DNA of 61,602 nucleotides, filler included, from Bonamia ostreae (Eukaryota): NCBI GenBank assembly GCA_040357525.1. It is 10 parts of 10 records of this genome, joined end to end, with 100 filler letters (N's around TTAATTAATTAA, not from the genome) between each part and the next. Parts side by side here need not be neighbours in the genome. Positions count along the whole stretch, not along the records: positions 37,304 to 43,305 come from JBDODL010000147.1; positions 43,406 to 49,407 come from JBDODL010000148.1; 8 more parts are not named here. One strand, 5' to 3'. Shown piece by piece: positions 37,593 to 49,507 of this stretch (position 1 is its first letter; each line of letters starts with the position of its first letter). The notes under the pieces were generated by a model. It saw only the letters and a program-made list of their open reading frames with translations, ran no database searches and was not told where the DNA came from. The position numbers and the translations under genes were made by a program.

Positions 37593-39934
37593 TTAATTGA
37601 AAGTGTTAAAAAATTGAACATTTTTGATAAATTCGTTTTTGTCATTGACACATTTTTCCAAAACAGAACACAATTCTCGAATTTCGCCGATCACTGGCAA
37701 ATCACCAAACTCGCTTTTTATGTTTGGCAAAGTTTTTAAAATGGCTTCTTCGCTCTGCGATTCTATAAAGTTCAGAGACTCTTCCAGATCTTTGTACCGC
37801 TTTTCCATTCTTTTAAATATTAAAAATCAGACTTTTGATTGGACGAATAAGCGTCGTCCAAGTACTTGTTGATCGTCTCCGCTTCGCCAAAATAGTTTTT
37901 GGCCAATTGCTCCGGCGAAGGCAAATTCCAATAACCTCCAAATTTGGCGACGTTGAATTCATGTCGTTCTTTCGCCGATTTCAACAACAACATTATTTGG
38001 CCATACTTTTCTTTCAGCGCCAAGTGCGATTTCCCGAGATTCTCGAGCGCCATTTTTATCGAACGACTTCCGCCGTGCCGTTTCATCGAATTAATGTCGT
38101 TGAGCAGATTCGGAAATCGGTCAGACATCTCTTTCCGGCCATTGGCGCTATTGAAAAAAGCACTAAAATCGCCTAAAACGAGCGAATGGCGTTCGTTTTG
38201 GGCGTTGCTCTCGGACGCCAACAGTTCCAATTCGGACAAAAGCGTGTTTCGGACTTCTTTGCATACTTTGGCCACGGAAACCGGCACTAACTTGTCGAGA
38301 TGCGCTCTGTCTTCCGGTTTGATCAAGTCCTCGAGTCGGAATTTTTTCATAATGGCGAGAAGTTTTGGTTCTGGCATTACCAGTTCTTTCTTGTTCGGGA
38401 CTCTCTTCAATGTTAATTTTTTGTTGCAGAGATTTAAAGTGATAAATGAACGTAGTGGTAAATGCTGTTATTGTCGTCGGTGGCTCGATCCAACTCTTTG
38501 GCGATGAGTTCGGAGAGCTCTCCTCTGGAACGTTCGATGTTTTTGTGGAGTCCTTTCTTTTTTATGTTTTCCGCTTTGTCGATGTTTTCTTCTGATAACT
38601 TTAGCCAAGATATTTCTTCGCCGTATTTCTTTGCTATTTTGTAGTCAATTATGGGCCGTTTTTTTGGTGTTTTAAATTTTTTGTTATTTTCAAACATTTT
38701 TGTTTAAATTTTTATTGTTTTCAAATTTTTTATTGTTTTCAATTTTTATTTTTTTCAAATTTTTTATTGTTTTCAATTTTTTTATTGTTTTCAAATTTTT
38801 TTGTTTTAAATTTTTATTTTTTGTCAAAATTTTTTATTGTATCAAATTTAATTGTTTCAAATTTTTATTGTTTCAAATTTTTATTGTCAAAATTTTTTAT
38901 TATTTTCAAATTTTTTATTGTTTTCAATTTTTTATTATTTTCAAATTTTTTATTGTATCAAATTTAATTGTTTCAAATTTTTATTGTCAAAATTTTTTAT
39001 TATTTTCAAGTTTTTATTATTTTTATTGTCAAAATAAAATAACAATAAAGAGCCGCTTTCGACGCCCAAAAACAAGCAGTCGCCTGAAAAAGGAATTTCT
39101 GCGATTCGATGTGCCGATGGAACGGATAATCGCTTTTTTTGATCCACTCCTTCAAAGCACTGTCTTTCTCCAAATTGTTCTCCGCCTTTTTGTACAAATC
39201 GGCCACGCTCATCGCCAGTTTCGATATCAGTTCAATGCTGAATTTGTCCGCTTGCGCTTTCTCGAAGAAACAGGTCTGCGCTTGCGCTTGCGCCACCAAC
39301 GCGGCAAAGCACAGAGCCGTTTGGCGCATGTCCATAGAACGTTGTTTCAACGGGATTTCGGCCGTTTCGTTCACCAAAAAAGCGTAGATCGCTTTTCAAT
39401 TTTAAAAATTGCAAAATTTTAAAATTTGGTTTTTCTCCAAAATCAAAACAAGCAGCTTTGAGCATGCTCTGCGTAGCCGTCTTTATCCCTTTGCTCGTCT
39501 TCCTGTTTTGGCAGAGTCCTTTGTTCGAGTAATTGACTGCGAGATTGAACAAAATGCAGTTCGCCTCAAAATTTACGTCGGACGAAACGGCGCGTTTGTC
39601 TTCTCTGTAGCTATCCGCCCAATTGAATTCGAGGCGCCCGCCATTTTTATTTTTTCCGAGCAAAAGCGCGTTTTTGAGAAGACAGAGTTTACTGAGATAT
39701 TTTTCGTTTTTCTCGATTTGTTGTTGGTGGTCTGTTTTGAGCTCCGATTCGTCGTTGATCTCGTCGCGGTACTTTTGGAGTGTCTGTATTTCGGAGAGGG
39801 TTCGTTCCAGGTCATCTTGTTCATCTAAAGCCGCGGATTTTGGTAAAATATTAAAAACAGTTTTGCTCTAAAATGTGTCGCAGGGCCTTTTCAATGTTAC
39901 ATTTCTTGGTGGTTTTCTGATAAAACGAGATCAT
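37593..39934 (-). CDS. Bro1/ALIX-family ESCRT accessory protein (partial at 3' end)
   Basis: LEFNWADSY, FEANCILFNLA, LVAQAQAQTCFFEKA, KYGEEISWL, ATDDNNSIYH; introns include 39392-39449 and 38634-39043. Confidence 0.87.
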
Positions 39935-40277
39935 TTTAAATTCTTGTTAGAGGTTTGTTATGTAATTTAATCTTATGGCAAAGCTTAATTTTGAATTGGC
40001 ATTTTTGTTTTTAGATTTATGTCTGATTTTTGCAGATCGGAAGAATATTATATCACTGCGACTAATTTTTTTTTAAATTTAGTTATTTTTTAATCGATTT
40101 AGCAATTTTTTTTAAATTTAGTTATTTTTTAATCGATTTAACAATTTTTAATCGATTTATTAATTTTTCTTAAATTTATTTATTTTTTAATCAATTTAGA
40201 GAATTCTTATTTGTTACTTTATTTACGCAACTTATCAAAACTCGATTATCGCAACGTTAAACAAATATAGAATAAAA

Positions 40278-41023
40278 ATGATATCTCTTTTTTATTTCAC
40301 GCTCATTTCCTTTTCTTCTAGTTTGAAAAATCCTGACCAGAACTGTCGATACAATTTGATAGTCTGTCTCGACATCTCGAAACATATCGACGCTTCCCAA
40401 ATCGAAGATCTCAAATCAGCTACTTTAGATGCAATCAACTTGAGCAGAAGACTCAATCAAAACAGCTTTGAAGATTTTCAATTACTCTTGTATGCCGATA
40501 AGGTAAAAGCAGTGCCTAAATATGTATATTCAGTCGATTTCAATGATGACTATACAGATTTTTCTTTTGGATTTCAAAGACAGTACACTGATCTATGCGA
40601 CAAATACAAATTTTTTCAAAAGAACTTTTTAGAACAAATCACTCTAATCAATCGTTTTAAAGATTAATATGAACCAAAACATTTTTCAAAAAATTTGACG
40701 CTTTTAATAAAGGGCCCGCGTATCTACATAAATGCATGGAGGAATCTTTGAATCACAAAAAAAGTGGAATGAAAAACGTATTATCTGTTGTCACAACATA
40801 CATCAGCATATTCGATTATTCTGATATAAAAAAAGCCAGAGATAATTTACTGAATGACGGTTTTCATATCGAAGCGGTGACACTTGATGCGGTCACTGCA
40901 AACTTATTTGAAAATCTGACTGATCAAGATTATATATATTCCTTTGATGAAAGTATGGGCGAGAAACAGTACTCGTATAACAAAATCTACGAGCAATCGA
41001 TGTGTGAAGCATTTGACCATTGA
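40278..41023 (+). CDS. Secreted von Willebrand factor A-like domain protein (1 intron)
   Basis: Signal peptide; CRYNLIVCLDISKHI (degenerate DxSxS MIDAS), KNVLSVVT. Confidence 0.6.
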
Positions 41024-41322
41024 CCACTAAATCTGTATTATTAAAACTTGAGACTCTTTTAAGATCTTTTTTAAAATTTTGAACACAAATATCAAAACAA
41101 ATAAAAAATCGACTTTTATTTTCAATTTTGATATAAAATCAATTTTTTTAAAACGTGTTTTTAAATTTGGAAATGCATTAAAAAAAGCGATTGAATCAGC
41201 ATTAAAACTATTTATTAAAATAGCATTCAAAAAAATCATTTAGTCGTTATCAGAGCTTAAATTATTATCAGGAGACCATATATTTTCGCGAAAAAACAAC
41301 ATCGAACGAATTAGCCAACAAA

Positions 41323-41751
41323 ATGTCGTTTACACTCCAGCATCTCAATAACGGCTGGGAAGTAGATCAAGCGATAGTGTCCGAAGACGACCGTCTCGTC
41401 GTCATTCGGTTCGGCCGCGACTACGACAAATCTTGCATGTTGGTCGACCGCGCACTCGAAAAAATTGTCGAGAAAGTCAGCAATTACGCAGCCATCTATC
41501 TCTGCGACATCGAAAAGACACCCGATTTCAACACGATGTACGAGCTCTTCGACCCTTGCACGGTGATGTTCTTCTTCCGAAACAAGCACGTCATGATCGA
41601 TCTCGGCACCGGCAACAACAACAAAATAAACTGGGCTCTCAACAACCCCCAAGAACTGATCGACATTATCGAAGTTACTTATCGAGGAGCACGTAAAGGG
41701 CGGGCTCTGATCATCTCGCCGAAAGACTATAGCACGAAACATAAATATTAA
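41323..41751 (+). CDS. TXNL4A: U5 snRNP thioredoxin-like protein Dim1/Dib1 (intronless)
   Basis: GWEVDQAI..DRLVVIRFG, PDFNTMYEL, FFFRNKHVMIDLGTGNNNKINW, YRGARKGR..SPKDYST; 142 aa. Confidence 0.97.
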   Translation: MSFTLQHLNNGWEVDQAIVSEDDRLVVIRFGRDYDKSCMLVDRALEKIVEKVSNYAAIYLCDIEKTPDFNTMYELFDPCTVMFFFRNKHVMIDLGTGNNNKINWALNNPQELIDIIEVTYRGARKGRALIISPKDYSTKHKY

Positions 41752-41853
41752 ATTTTTGCACTTTTTTGTTCATTTTTTTGTTTGATTGTGCAAAAAATGG
41801 ATCGCAATAACAAATTGTTGCAGAGATGTAACAAAGAGCGTTCAAATACGTAG

Positions 41854-43282
41854 ATGCTTTTAATGGCCGATAAAGACACATCGACGAACGTAATGGCGGA
41901 AAATCATGAGAAGGAAGTGGTGGAAATAAAAAATCGGCAGAAGAGGATTTTGGGAATGGTCAAAAAATCGTTTGCGTCGTTTTTCGTTAATCTTGAGCAA
42001 TTTGGAAAAAATCAACTTTCAAAAGACAAAATTTGTGATATCAGTTTTACAACTTTTGAAATTTTACAACTTTTGTTTTGAATTTTCTTTGATTTTTCCG
42101 CTTTTACAACTTTTGTTTTTAGTAGAAGAATCAACGATGATGAAAAGAGAATATCAAAAATACATTGTAAAGTACAACTTGCCCCAAAACACAAAAAGAA
42201 GTTTGATGGAGCAAGAAAAGTGCCCTTTCAAAGTCGATTTTTTCCGTCTAAATTTAACAAAGTTAGACTTTGTACAAAGTTTTCGAAAAGAGATTGATTG
42301 GATATTTTCTCGTTTCGAAAAGCAATTTTTGTCAATTGTTGGAAACATGTCCAATTTGCCAGAAAAAACGAAGACTGCCAACTTTAAACGAAATTTTAAA
42401 GTTTTTGTGGATGTTTCGACTCCAAATCTAAATTTCGAGAAAGAAAAGAAAAACCGTTTGTTTTGGGCTCTTTCCGACAATAAAATTATTTACAGTTTTT
42501 GCGGGGATGCGATTGATAAGAAAACAGAGTTTTTAAAAGATTTTTAACAAAAAAGAAATAACGAAAATGAAAATGGCGATCCTTTGGAAAATTTTGTGGC
42601 TATTATGAAAAACAAGTCTTTTTTCGCCGCAAACAAATTCGGGAAAAAGAGCAAAAAAGAGATCATCGCATCGGCGAAAAATGAACCCAAAATAAAACTT
42701 TGCAAATGCGAACAAAAAGAAGTTGCGAAAATTGAACAGAATCAAAAATTAAACGAAAATAGAAAACAGAAAATAACAGTTCAAAAAACGAAAAGAAAGC
42801 AACAAACAGAAACAACAATATCTAACAATGAAATAATGGACAAAAACAATCCGAAATTCAAGAATTTTGCCATTGAAAGTATTTTTAAACTCCTTTTGCT
42901 CTGCAAAAATCTCCAAAAACAAAACGAAAATAGCATTAACTCGATCCGCACTTTAAACGAAATCGAGTTTGAAGCGAATGTTTATTTAATTGGAAACGTC
43001 TTTGCAAACAAGTTGCTCAATATTATCAAAAGCAGCTTATGGATATCCCCGAAGATGAAAAAAACGATATTAAACAAAGTTTGCAGCAGTTACAGGTTTA
43101 AAGCAGAGACTCATCCGACATGTGACAGCAACAGAAAGTACTTGAAAAGGTATTTGGGAATTGCGATTGATATTTTTGAGGAAAATTGTAATTTTTTGGA
43201 CGAAATTTGGCGCGAAAATTTTGCTCTTTTCAAAGAAAAGGAAAAAAGACTGAAAGAGTTTTTGAAGTTTATTGAGAGTTAA
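41854..43282 (+). CDS. Hypothetical protein, multi-exon
   Basis: Chain of same-strand ORFs joined by GT-AG introns; no family recognised. Confidence 0.55.
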
Positions 43283-43405
43283 TAAAAATTTTACAGTTGT
43301 CGCTGNNNNNNNNNNNNNNNNNNNNNNNNNNNNNNNNNNNNNNNNNNNNTTAATTAATTAANNNNNNNNNNNNNNNNNNNNNNNNNNNNNNNNNNNNNNN
43401 NNNNN

Positions 43406-45458
43406 TGCGAAGAAAACAACATTGCATTTTCACTGTTTGGTCACTCCGAATTTCTTTTTTCTTCATTTTCTTTTTATCCGCTTTTTTCGATATCAGAACC
43501 ATTTTATATTTGGAATTTCCTCTTTTGCCCAAATAAATTTTCACTATCCCAAAGTTGTTTCCTCTCACACAATGATGACACGTGTAAGAATAATTATCCA
43601 AAAACGGCGCTAAATTTTAAAAAATTTAGCCAAAATTAAAAAAGCTATAAAATTTAGCCAAACAAATTTTGTTCTTATAATTCCAATGCGCAAAAGAAAA
43701 AAAATTCAAATTATCATCTGCGACAGGACAAGTAATCATTTGTTTGAACAAATGTTTGTCTTTGTAAATGTCGGCGAAGCAGCCGACGCCGCTCGCCCCC
43801 GACAACATCAAAACTTCTCTCCCGTTCATTCTTTCTTTCCAGTTCTGCAGCAAATTTAAAATTCGCTGCGTTTCGTTCGCGTTCCTTTTGGAGTTCCAAT
43901 TTTTCATATCAATTTGTTTTTCGCTTTTCCCCCCAAATGACGATTTGTAGCGCCACAGAGCGTTTGTTACCGATGCTAATGGCGTCTATTGTTGTTTTTC
44001 CAAAATATTTTCAAATGATAAGATTTTGTTCAAACGAAAATTTTTAGTTGAAATAATGGCGGAAATTAAAAATTGGTCAATTTTTTTGGTTAAAACATGA
44101 CAGACGAAGAATAAATGTTTTACGTGAGAAAGTTGACCCTCTTTTTTCAGCCAAAAATTCAGATCGTTCCATTGTCTATCGCCAAGAACGTTATTCATCG
44201 AAATTGCTTCTTTGTAAAAAATGTCGTTTGTGTATAAGTGTACGAACACGATTGCAATTTCGCCGAGGACTGCGCAATAATGGTCGGCGTCAGATTGTGT
44301 TATTTCATTATCAGTAAAAAGTTGTTTTTGGTATTCGAAGTAGACTTCGTGAGCTCTTTTTGATATAAAAGCTTTCTTGGAATTCGTTTTGAAGATGTCT
44401 TTAAATTTTCCCTTTTAATTTTATTTCAAATATTTAAAAATCGTCTTCCAAAAATTATAAAATTTGCAAATTTTAAAATTGTCTTCTAAAAACGATATCA
44501 AAAAAATATTCAGATTCGCCAGACATCATCAAATTCGGACAGTTGGCCATTGAAGAAGCCTTGAAAATGAATTAAAGAACTTGCATCGGATAGCTCCATG
44601 TTCTTCTGTACTCCATTCTATAAAATTCTCTCACTTCTTCAGATTTTGCCTCCCATTCTTTTTCAGGAACACCATTCAAAATGTCGAGAGAGTAACTGAA
44701 TGGGTTATTTAGAATTCCGTCTTTTAACTGATCGTCGCAATAAACCTTTCAATTTTAAGCAATTCGATCAAATTTGTGCAAAAACAAATTTTCGATTCCA
44801 AAATTTGTTTTAAAATGAACAATAATTTATTGAAGAACATACAAATTTTTAAACTTGGTTACCAATGTGAAGAATATACTGAAGTTTGCCCGTTCGACAT
44901 TTTATTTCTTTCCAAAGATTGTGATTAGAATCGAATTGATTCATCTCTTCAAGCACTTTTCGGTTATTTGACGAAACGATCGCTTTTCGTTAAAAAAAAT
45001 AATTCAAAAGTACCAAAATATTTCGCCGCTCTTTTTACTTGATTCATATTTTCCAAAGTAGTGAAACTGCTCTCGACATGTTGCAATCCCCCCAAAACAT
45101 GGACAGTGTACAATTTGTCCGGTCTGAGACGCTTGAACCTGAAGATCGACGGTTTTTGGGGCAAAACGATGTTTTGGCAATTGGAGCAAACTTCATTTTG
45201 GTACTTCAAAGCCACAGTTACCAAAATTCTATCGAGTTACTAAAATAACGGCATTTTGTTATTGAACTCCATCAAAATTCGCGCAGTGTTGTCAGAAACA
45301 AAACCGATAATGGGCCCTAAGACAACTTTTAGATCGGGGATGTCTTCTGACGAAGGAAATTTTTCTCTTGCGAGCAATTTGGCGCGTTTGATGAAACGCA
45401 ATTTAGAGGTTACAGTTTTTATTTTTCTTTCAATGTCTGACATATAGTTATCAGCCAT
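43406..45458 (-). CDS. PhoD-like metallophosphatase, multi-exon
   Basis: VVLGPIIGFVSDNTARILMEF, LRPDKLYTV, ILHIGNQ|VYCD, VLGDRQW..L..WL; GDQ motif appears as GNQ. Confidence 0.7.
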
Positions 45459-45810
45459 TTTTATTTTTTGTGGTAGTTTTTATACCGTTTTCAAACAATT
45501 TTTTGGTATTTTTATTTGTGTTAATGTGATCTTTGTGAAATAAGTGTATTAGTCACAAATTTACGTCATTTGGGAATTTTTGGGACATTTCATATTGAAA
45601 TCTTTAAAAAACATTTCGATGATAATTAAAAAATTATTAGATTTAAAAATGTCAATTTTGTAAAGATTAGAAATATTTAATCAAATCTCTTCACATCATT
45701 TTTGCAAAAAATTTCTTCATATCTTATTGTGAGGTTTTTTTGCATTGTCGATTTCTGCCATTAATATGCAATTAACTCTATTTATCCAACAAAAAATTTG
45801 TTTATTAAAA

Positions 45811-47589
45811 ATGAATAACTTAAAATCGAGTCAAAAAAATGCTTTGATAAATCACCTTATTTGTCATTGTTGCAACAACAAATATTCAGATTTAATTGTG
45901 TCGAGTTTTCAAAATTTGTATAAATATTAGATGCCATTTCGTTTTCAAAGCATCCCGCTTGCATAAATTTGTCTGAAGAAACAGATCTTGTAATGACAAA
46001 ATATAAGATAACGAGAAAAATCGAAAAATTGGTGGAAAAAGAGAACTTTTACAGAAAAATTAAAAAAATCGTCGTGCTTTTTGAAAATGCTGTCAAAAAG
46101 CACAAATTAAATTATAAATGTCTTCTCAGTGATCAAATTTTGGATTTTAAAATGATTGTTTTTATGTTATTATATCTTGCAAACTTTAATATTTGAAATA
46201 ACAAAAGGGGTTGATATATTCTCCATTAATTTCAAACAAACATTCTCCGTACAAAAGATTCAAATTGTATTTGAATAGATATTTTTACAAAAGCAAAAAC
46301 GATTCGTTTACGAAAAAGTTTGTTCTATCGTTTTAGATCAAAAATTATTGCTGTTTTTATCGTTTTAAATCAAAAATTGTTGCGGTTCTTAACGTTTTAG
46401 ATCAAAAATTATTGCTGTTCTTATCGTTTTAGATCAAAATTATTGCTGTTTTATCGTTTTAGATCAAAAATTATTGCTGTTTTATCGTTTTAAATCAAAA
46501 TCGTTTTAAGTCAAAAATTGTTGCTGTTTTTATCGCTTTAAATCAAAAATTATTGCGGTTCTTATCGTTTTAAATCAAAACAAAAACGGTAAAAATTGTG
46601 ATCAAAGAATACAAAAACTAAACGCACAAATAAACAATATGATTTCGAGCAGACTATATTTAGCACGCATTCGAAAAAAATACGACACTCGAAAAATAAC
46701 AGAAAACTTTGTCCAACTCGTCGAAAATACTTTAACGTCGAAAAAACAAGTGCTAACTCAACATTTGCAGACAAAGTTAGACAAACAAACAGAAACGGCT
46801 TTTAGAAAAATCAAAAACAATTTAAACCGATTGGATAAAGCCCTTTTAAAACGTTTTTAAAAATCGTTAAAAAGAGATGGGCGGCAAAAACTCGAAACAC
46901 AAAATAGGCGCCACTAGTGTAGAAACGCGACATCCAAGCAAATTGAACAAACTCAGTAAAAACGATAAAACTGCACAAACCAATAATTCCAATATAATCA
47001 AACCTAAACCATCTATCGAATTATTAAAAACAGCGAAAATGGTTTTGCCAAAAAGGAATTTAAGGATGAACTTAAGAAGCAGGAAAAAAATATCGGCCAA
47101 TAAAAGCGACAAAGAAATTGGAAAAGTCGATAAATTATCAGAAAAAATTGCAACAAAGCGTAAAAATGAAAATGAATGCGACATAAAAATAAAGAAAATG
47201 CGAATAGTTAAAGCTAAAAATTGTACAAACCTTTCTAACAACGCGACCAATTCTTCCATTCGCAGGGTTCGCCACACATGGTCAGACCTTGTTTTCCCAT
47301 TTTTCCGATCCCCGGACTTTTAAATTTAACAAATTATATCAAAACTCTTTAAAAACGTTATAAGCTCATTGACCATCTAAAATGTTGCGTTAATAACTTG
47401 ATAATCATTTATACTTGATTAAAGGAAACGGAGAGTTTAGTAGAAGGAGTCAAAAAGCACGGCGCCGGATCGTGGTCAGAAATTAAATCAGACGAGACAT
47501 TGACATTTTCGCCGAGACGAACAAATGTCGATTTAAAAGACAAATGGAAAAATATGGTCAAATCGGGCAAATTTCAAGAATACGAATAA
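45811..47589 (+). CDS. Telobox Myb protein (TRF/TRFL-like telomere repeat-binding factor); 5 introns
   Basis: C-terminal RRVRHTWSDL|ETESLVEGVKKHGAGSWSEIK...RTNVDLKDKWKNM. Confidence 0.85.
46328..46580. repeat. ~31-nt minisatellite (~8 copies) inside intron 46318-46607
   Basis: tatcgttttagatcaaaaattattgctgttt variants in tandem. Confidence 0.88.
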
Positions 47590-47677
47590 AACATTTTTAC
47601 AATTTGACTTTTTAAGTGAAAGGCGAAATTTTGTTCTAAAAGAAGAACCTTTTTATAAAAAATTTGTAAAAATCAAT

Positions 47678-48223
47678 TTATTCCGATTTTTCGATTTTTG
47701 CAATTTTTTCTTCTCTTTTTCGGCGCCGATCGCGTAAAAATTTGAGCGCGTTTTTGCGTTTATCATTCAAGTCGCCATTTCCTAATATTTTTGGGGCGGC
47801 TATCAGATTAAGATGAGAGTCGATGAAATTTAGTTTGTGCTCTTTTTCTTGCATTTTTGCTTTTTTCGTTCTCTCCTTATTGTATCTCTGTTCCTTTTTG
47901 ACTCGGATCGATTTTACGCGTTCAATGGTCTTCAGCGTTTTCCCGACAACATTCGGGTTGTATTTGACCGGTTTTGAACGCTTTTTCGCAAATTCGGTTA
48001 GCGGGTCGTCGGGCAGCTCCTTTTTGTGAATGCGTCTATAAGCTTTGGTCCACTTAACTTTTCTCGGGTTCCTCTTCATTTTGAAGTTGTTGTGGCATTT
48101 CGATCTGCAAAAGCTGAACAAGGTGCAGTCGTTTCGGACAAATTTCATGCCGTGGCCTGGATATATCGTCGCAGAGCAAAACCAACACTTTTCCAATCGC
48201 TTTTATGAATAAAGCAAAACCAT
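47678..48223 (-). CDS. RSL24D1: Ribosome biogenesis protein RLP24/RSL24D1 (21-nt intron 48200-48220 right after ATG)
   Basis: M|RLEKCWFCSATIYPGHGMKFVRNDC..FCRSKCH..FKMKRNPRKVKWTKAYR. Confidence 0.93.
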
Positions 48224-48318
48224 TTTTCTAACGTTTTAAGCTCAAACTAAAACTTTGTTTATCAAAAATAGTTATTGTTATCAAACTAAAAAACTAAAAT
48301 TGTAAAAAAAACTGCGGT

Positions 48319-49008
48319 ATGTTATATGTCCAATTTGGCAAAACGATATTTAAGCTTAACAAAAGCGATAAAGAATTGTCTCACGACATTGAAAAATCGC
48401 TTGGAATTCCGTCTGAACAACAGATGGTCTTCTACAAGGGAAAGAAGCTCCCTTCTTTCATCACATTCCCGGATTCGCTTCTCAAAAAACTAAAAATGCC
48501 ATTAATACTAAATCTGTCTTGTAAAATTAACGGCGGGAAAGGCGGTTTCGGCTCCCTTCTTAAGCAGCAGCAGTCCAATTTCCGTACGACTAATTTCAAT
48601 TCGATGCGCGACCTCAACGGCCGGAGACTCAGACACGTCAGACAAGAACAGCAATTGACTCATTACGTCCCACCGACTCCAGAAAGACGATCCGAAATCC
48701 AAAAGGATTTCGAACAAATCAAACAGACCGGACGGCAAAGACAGCTCAGAAATTGTTATTTTGGCGATTCGTGCAAGTACAAACACAAATGCCGTTATGT
48801 CCATCCCGGGGACGACGCAAAGTCGGAAAATAAAGCGGATTCGAAGACGGAGAAAGAGTTGAGACACAATCAATCGATGAAAAAGGCTTCCAAAAATTTG
48901 GAAGCTTCGATGAAGTTTGCTTTAAAGGCCATCGCGAAACGCAAAATTTCCGATAAAAAAAGTATTCAAAAGCCGAAATCGAAAAAGCTGATTGAAAGAC
49001 AAATTTAA
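48319..49008 (+). CDS. SDE2: SDE2-like splicing/replication-stress factor with CCCH finger
   Basis: Ubiquitin-like N-terminus, GGKGGFGSLL cleavage motif, TTNFNSMRDLNGRRLRHV; CYFGDSCKYKHKCRYVH. Confidence 0.88.
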   Translation: MLYVQFGKTIFKLNKSDKELSHDIEKSLGIPSEQQMVFYKGKKLPSFITFPDSLLKKLKMPLILNLSCKINGGKGGFGSLLKQQQSNFRTTNFNSMRDLNGRRLRHVRQEQQLTHYVPPTPERRSEIQKDFEQIKQTGRQRQLRNCYFGDSCKYKHKCRYVHPGDDAKSENKADSKTEKELRHNQSMKKASKNLEASMKFALKAIAKRKISDKKSIQKPKSKKLIERQI

Positions 49009-49507
49009 TAAATTATGTAATTTTTTGTGTTTTGTTGTATTTTCATACGCCATTTTTACTAATTTTTGCTAAAAAAATTGCCATTTTTGCAATTTTTGTC
49101 CATAATTTGTCCGCCATTTTTCGCCACTATAAAAACGACAAATCAATATTATGTCGTATGTTATTAGTTAATGCCATTGTTAGCTTAAAATTTTGGCTAG
49201 TTTCAAAATATATTATCGTTTGTTGATAGTTCAATTTCATAAATGGCGATAAAGCTTAAGTTTCCGAAATTTATTGAGAATATGGAACTCATTCGAGTTG
49301 CGATGAATTTGACCGCTCCAAGCGCACCCAAAGAACCGAGGAGAAATCCGAGTCGGATTTTAAAAGATAAGAAATATAAAGTATTAGTAGAGTTTTTTAA
49401 TGTTGGANNNNNNNNNNNNNNNNNNNNNNNNNNNNNNNNNNNNNNNNNNNNTTAATTAATTAANNNNNNNNNNNNNNNNNNNNNNNNNNNNNNNNNNNNN
49501 NNNNNNN

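Noticed and set aside
38700-39422. Phe/Ile-rich 240-aa ORF and similar antisense ORFs (6614, 8839, 11294, 33083, 50016, 55803)
   Set aside because: Shadow frames of real genes or translations of intronic repeats
41797-41853. In-frame upstream ATG..TAG immediately before ORF 41854 as stop read-through
   Set aside because: Single short instance with no homology support; may be a chance uORF
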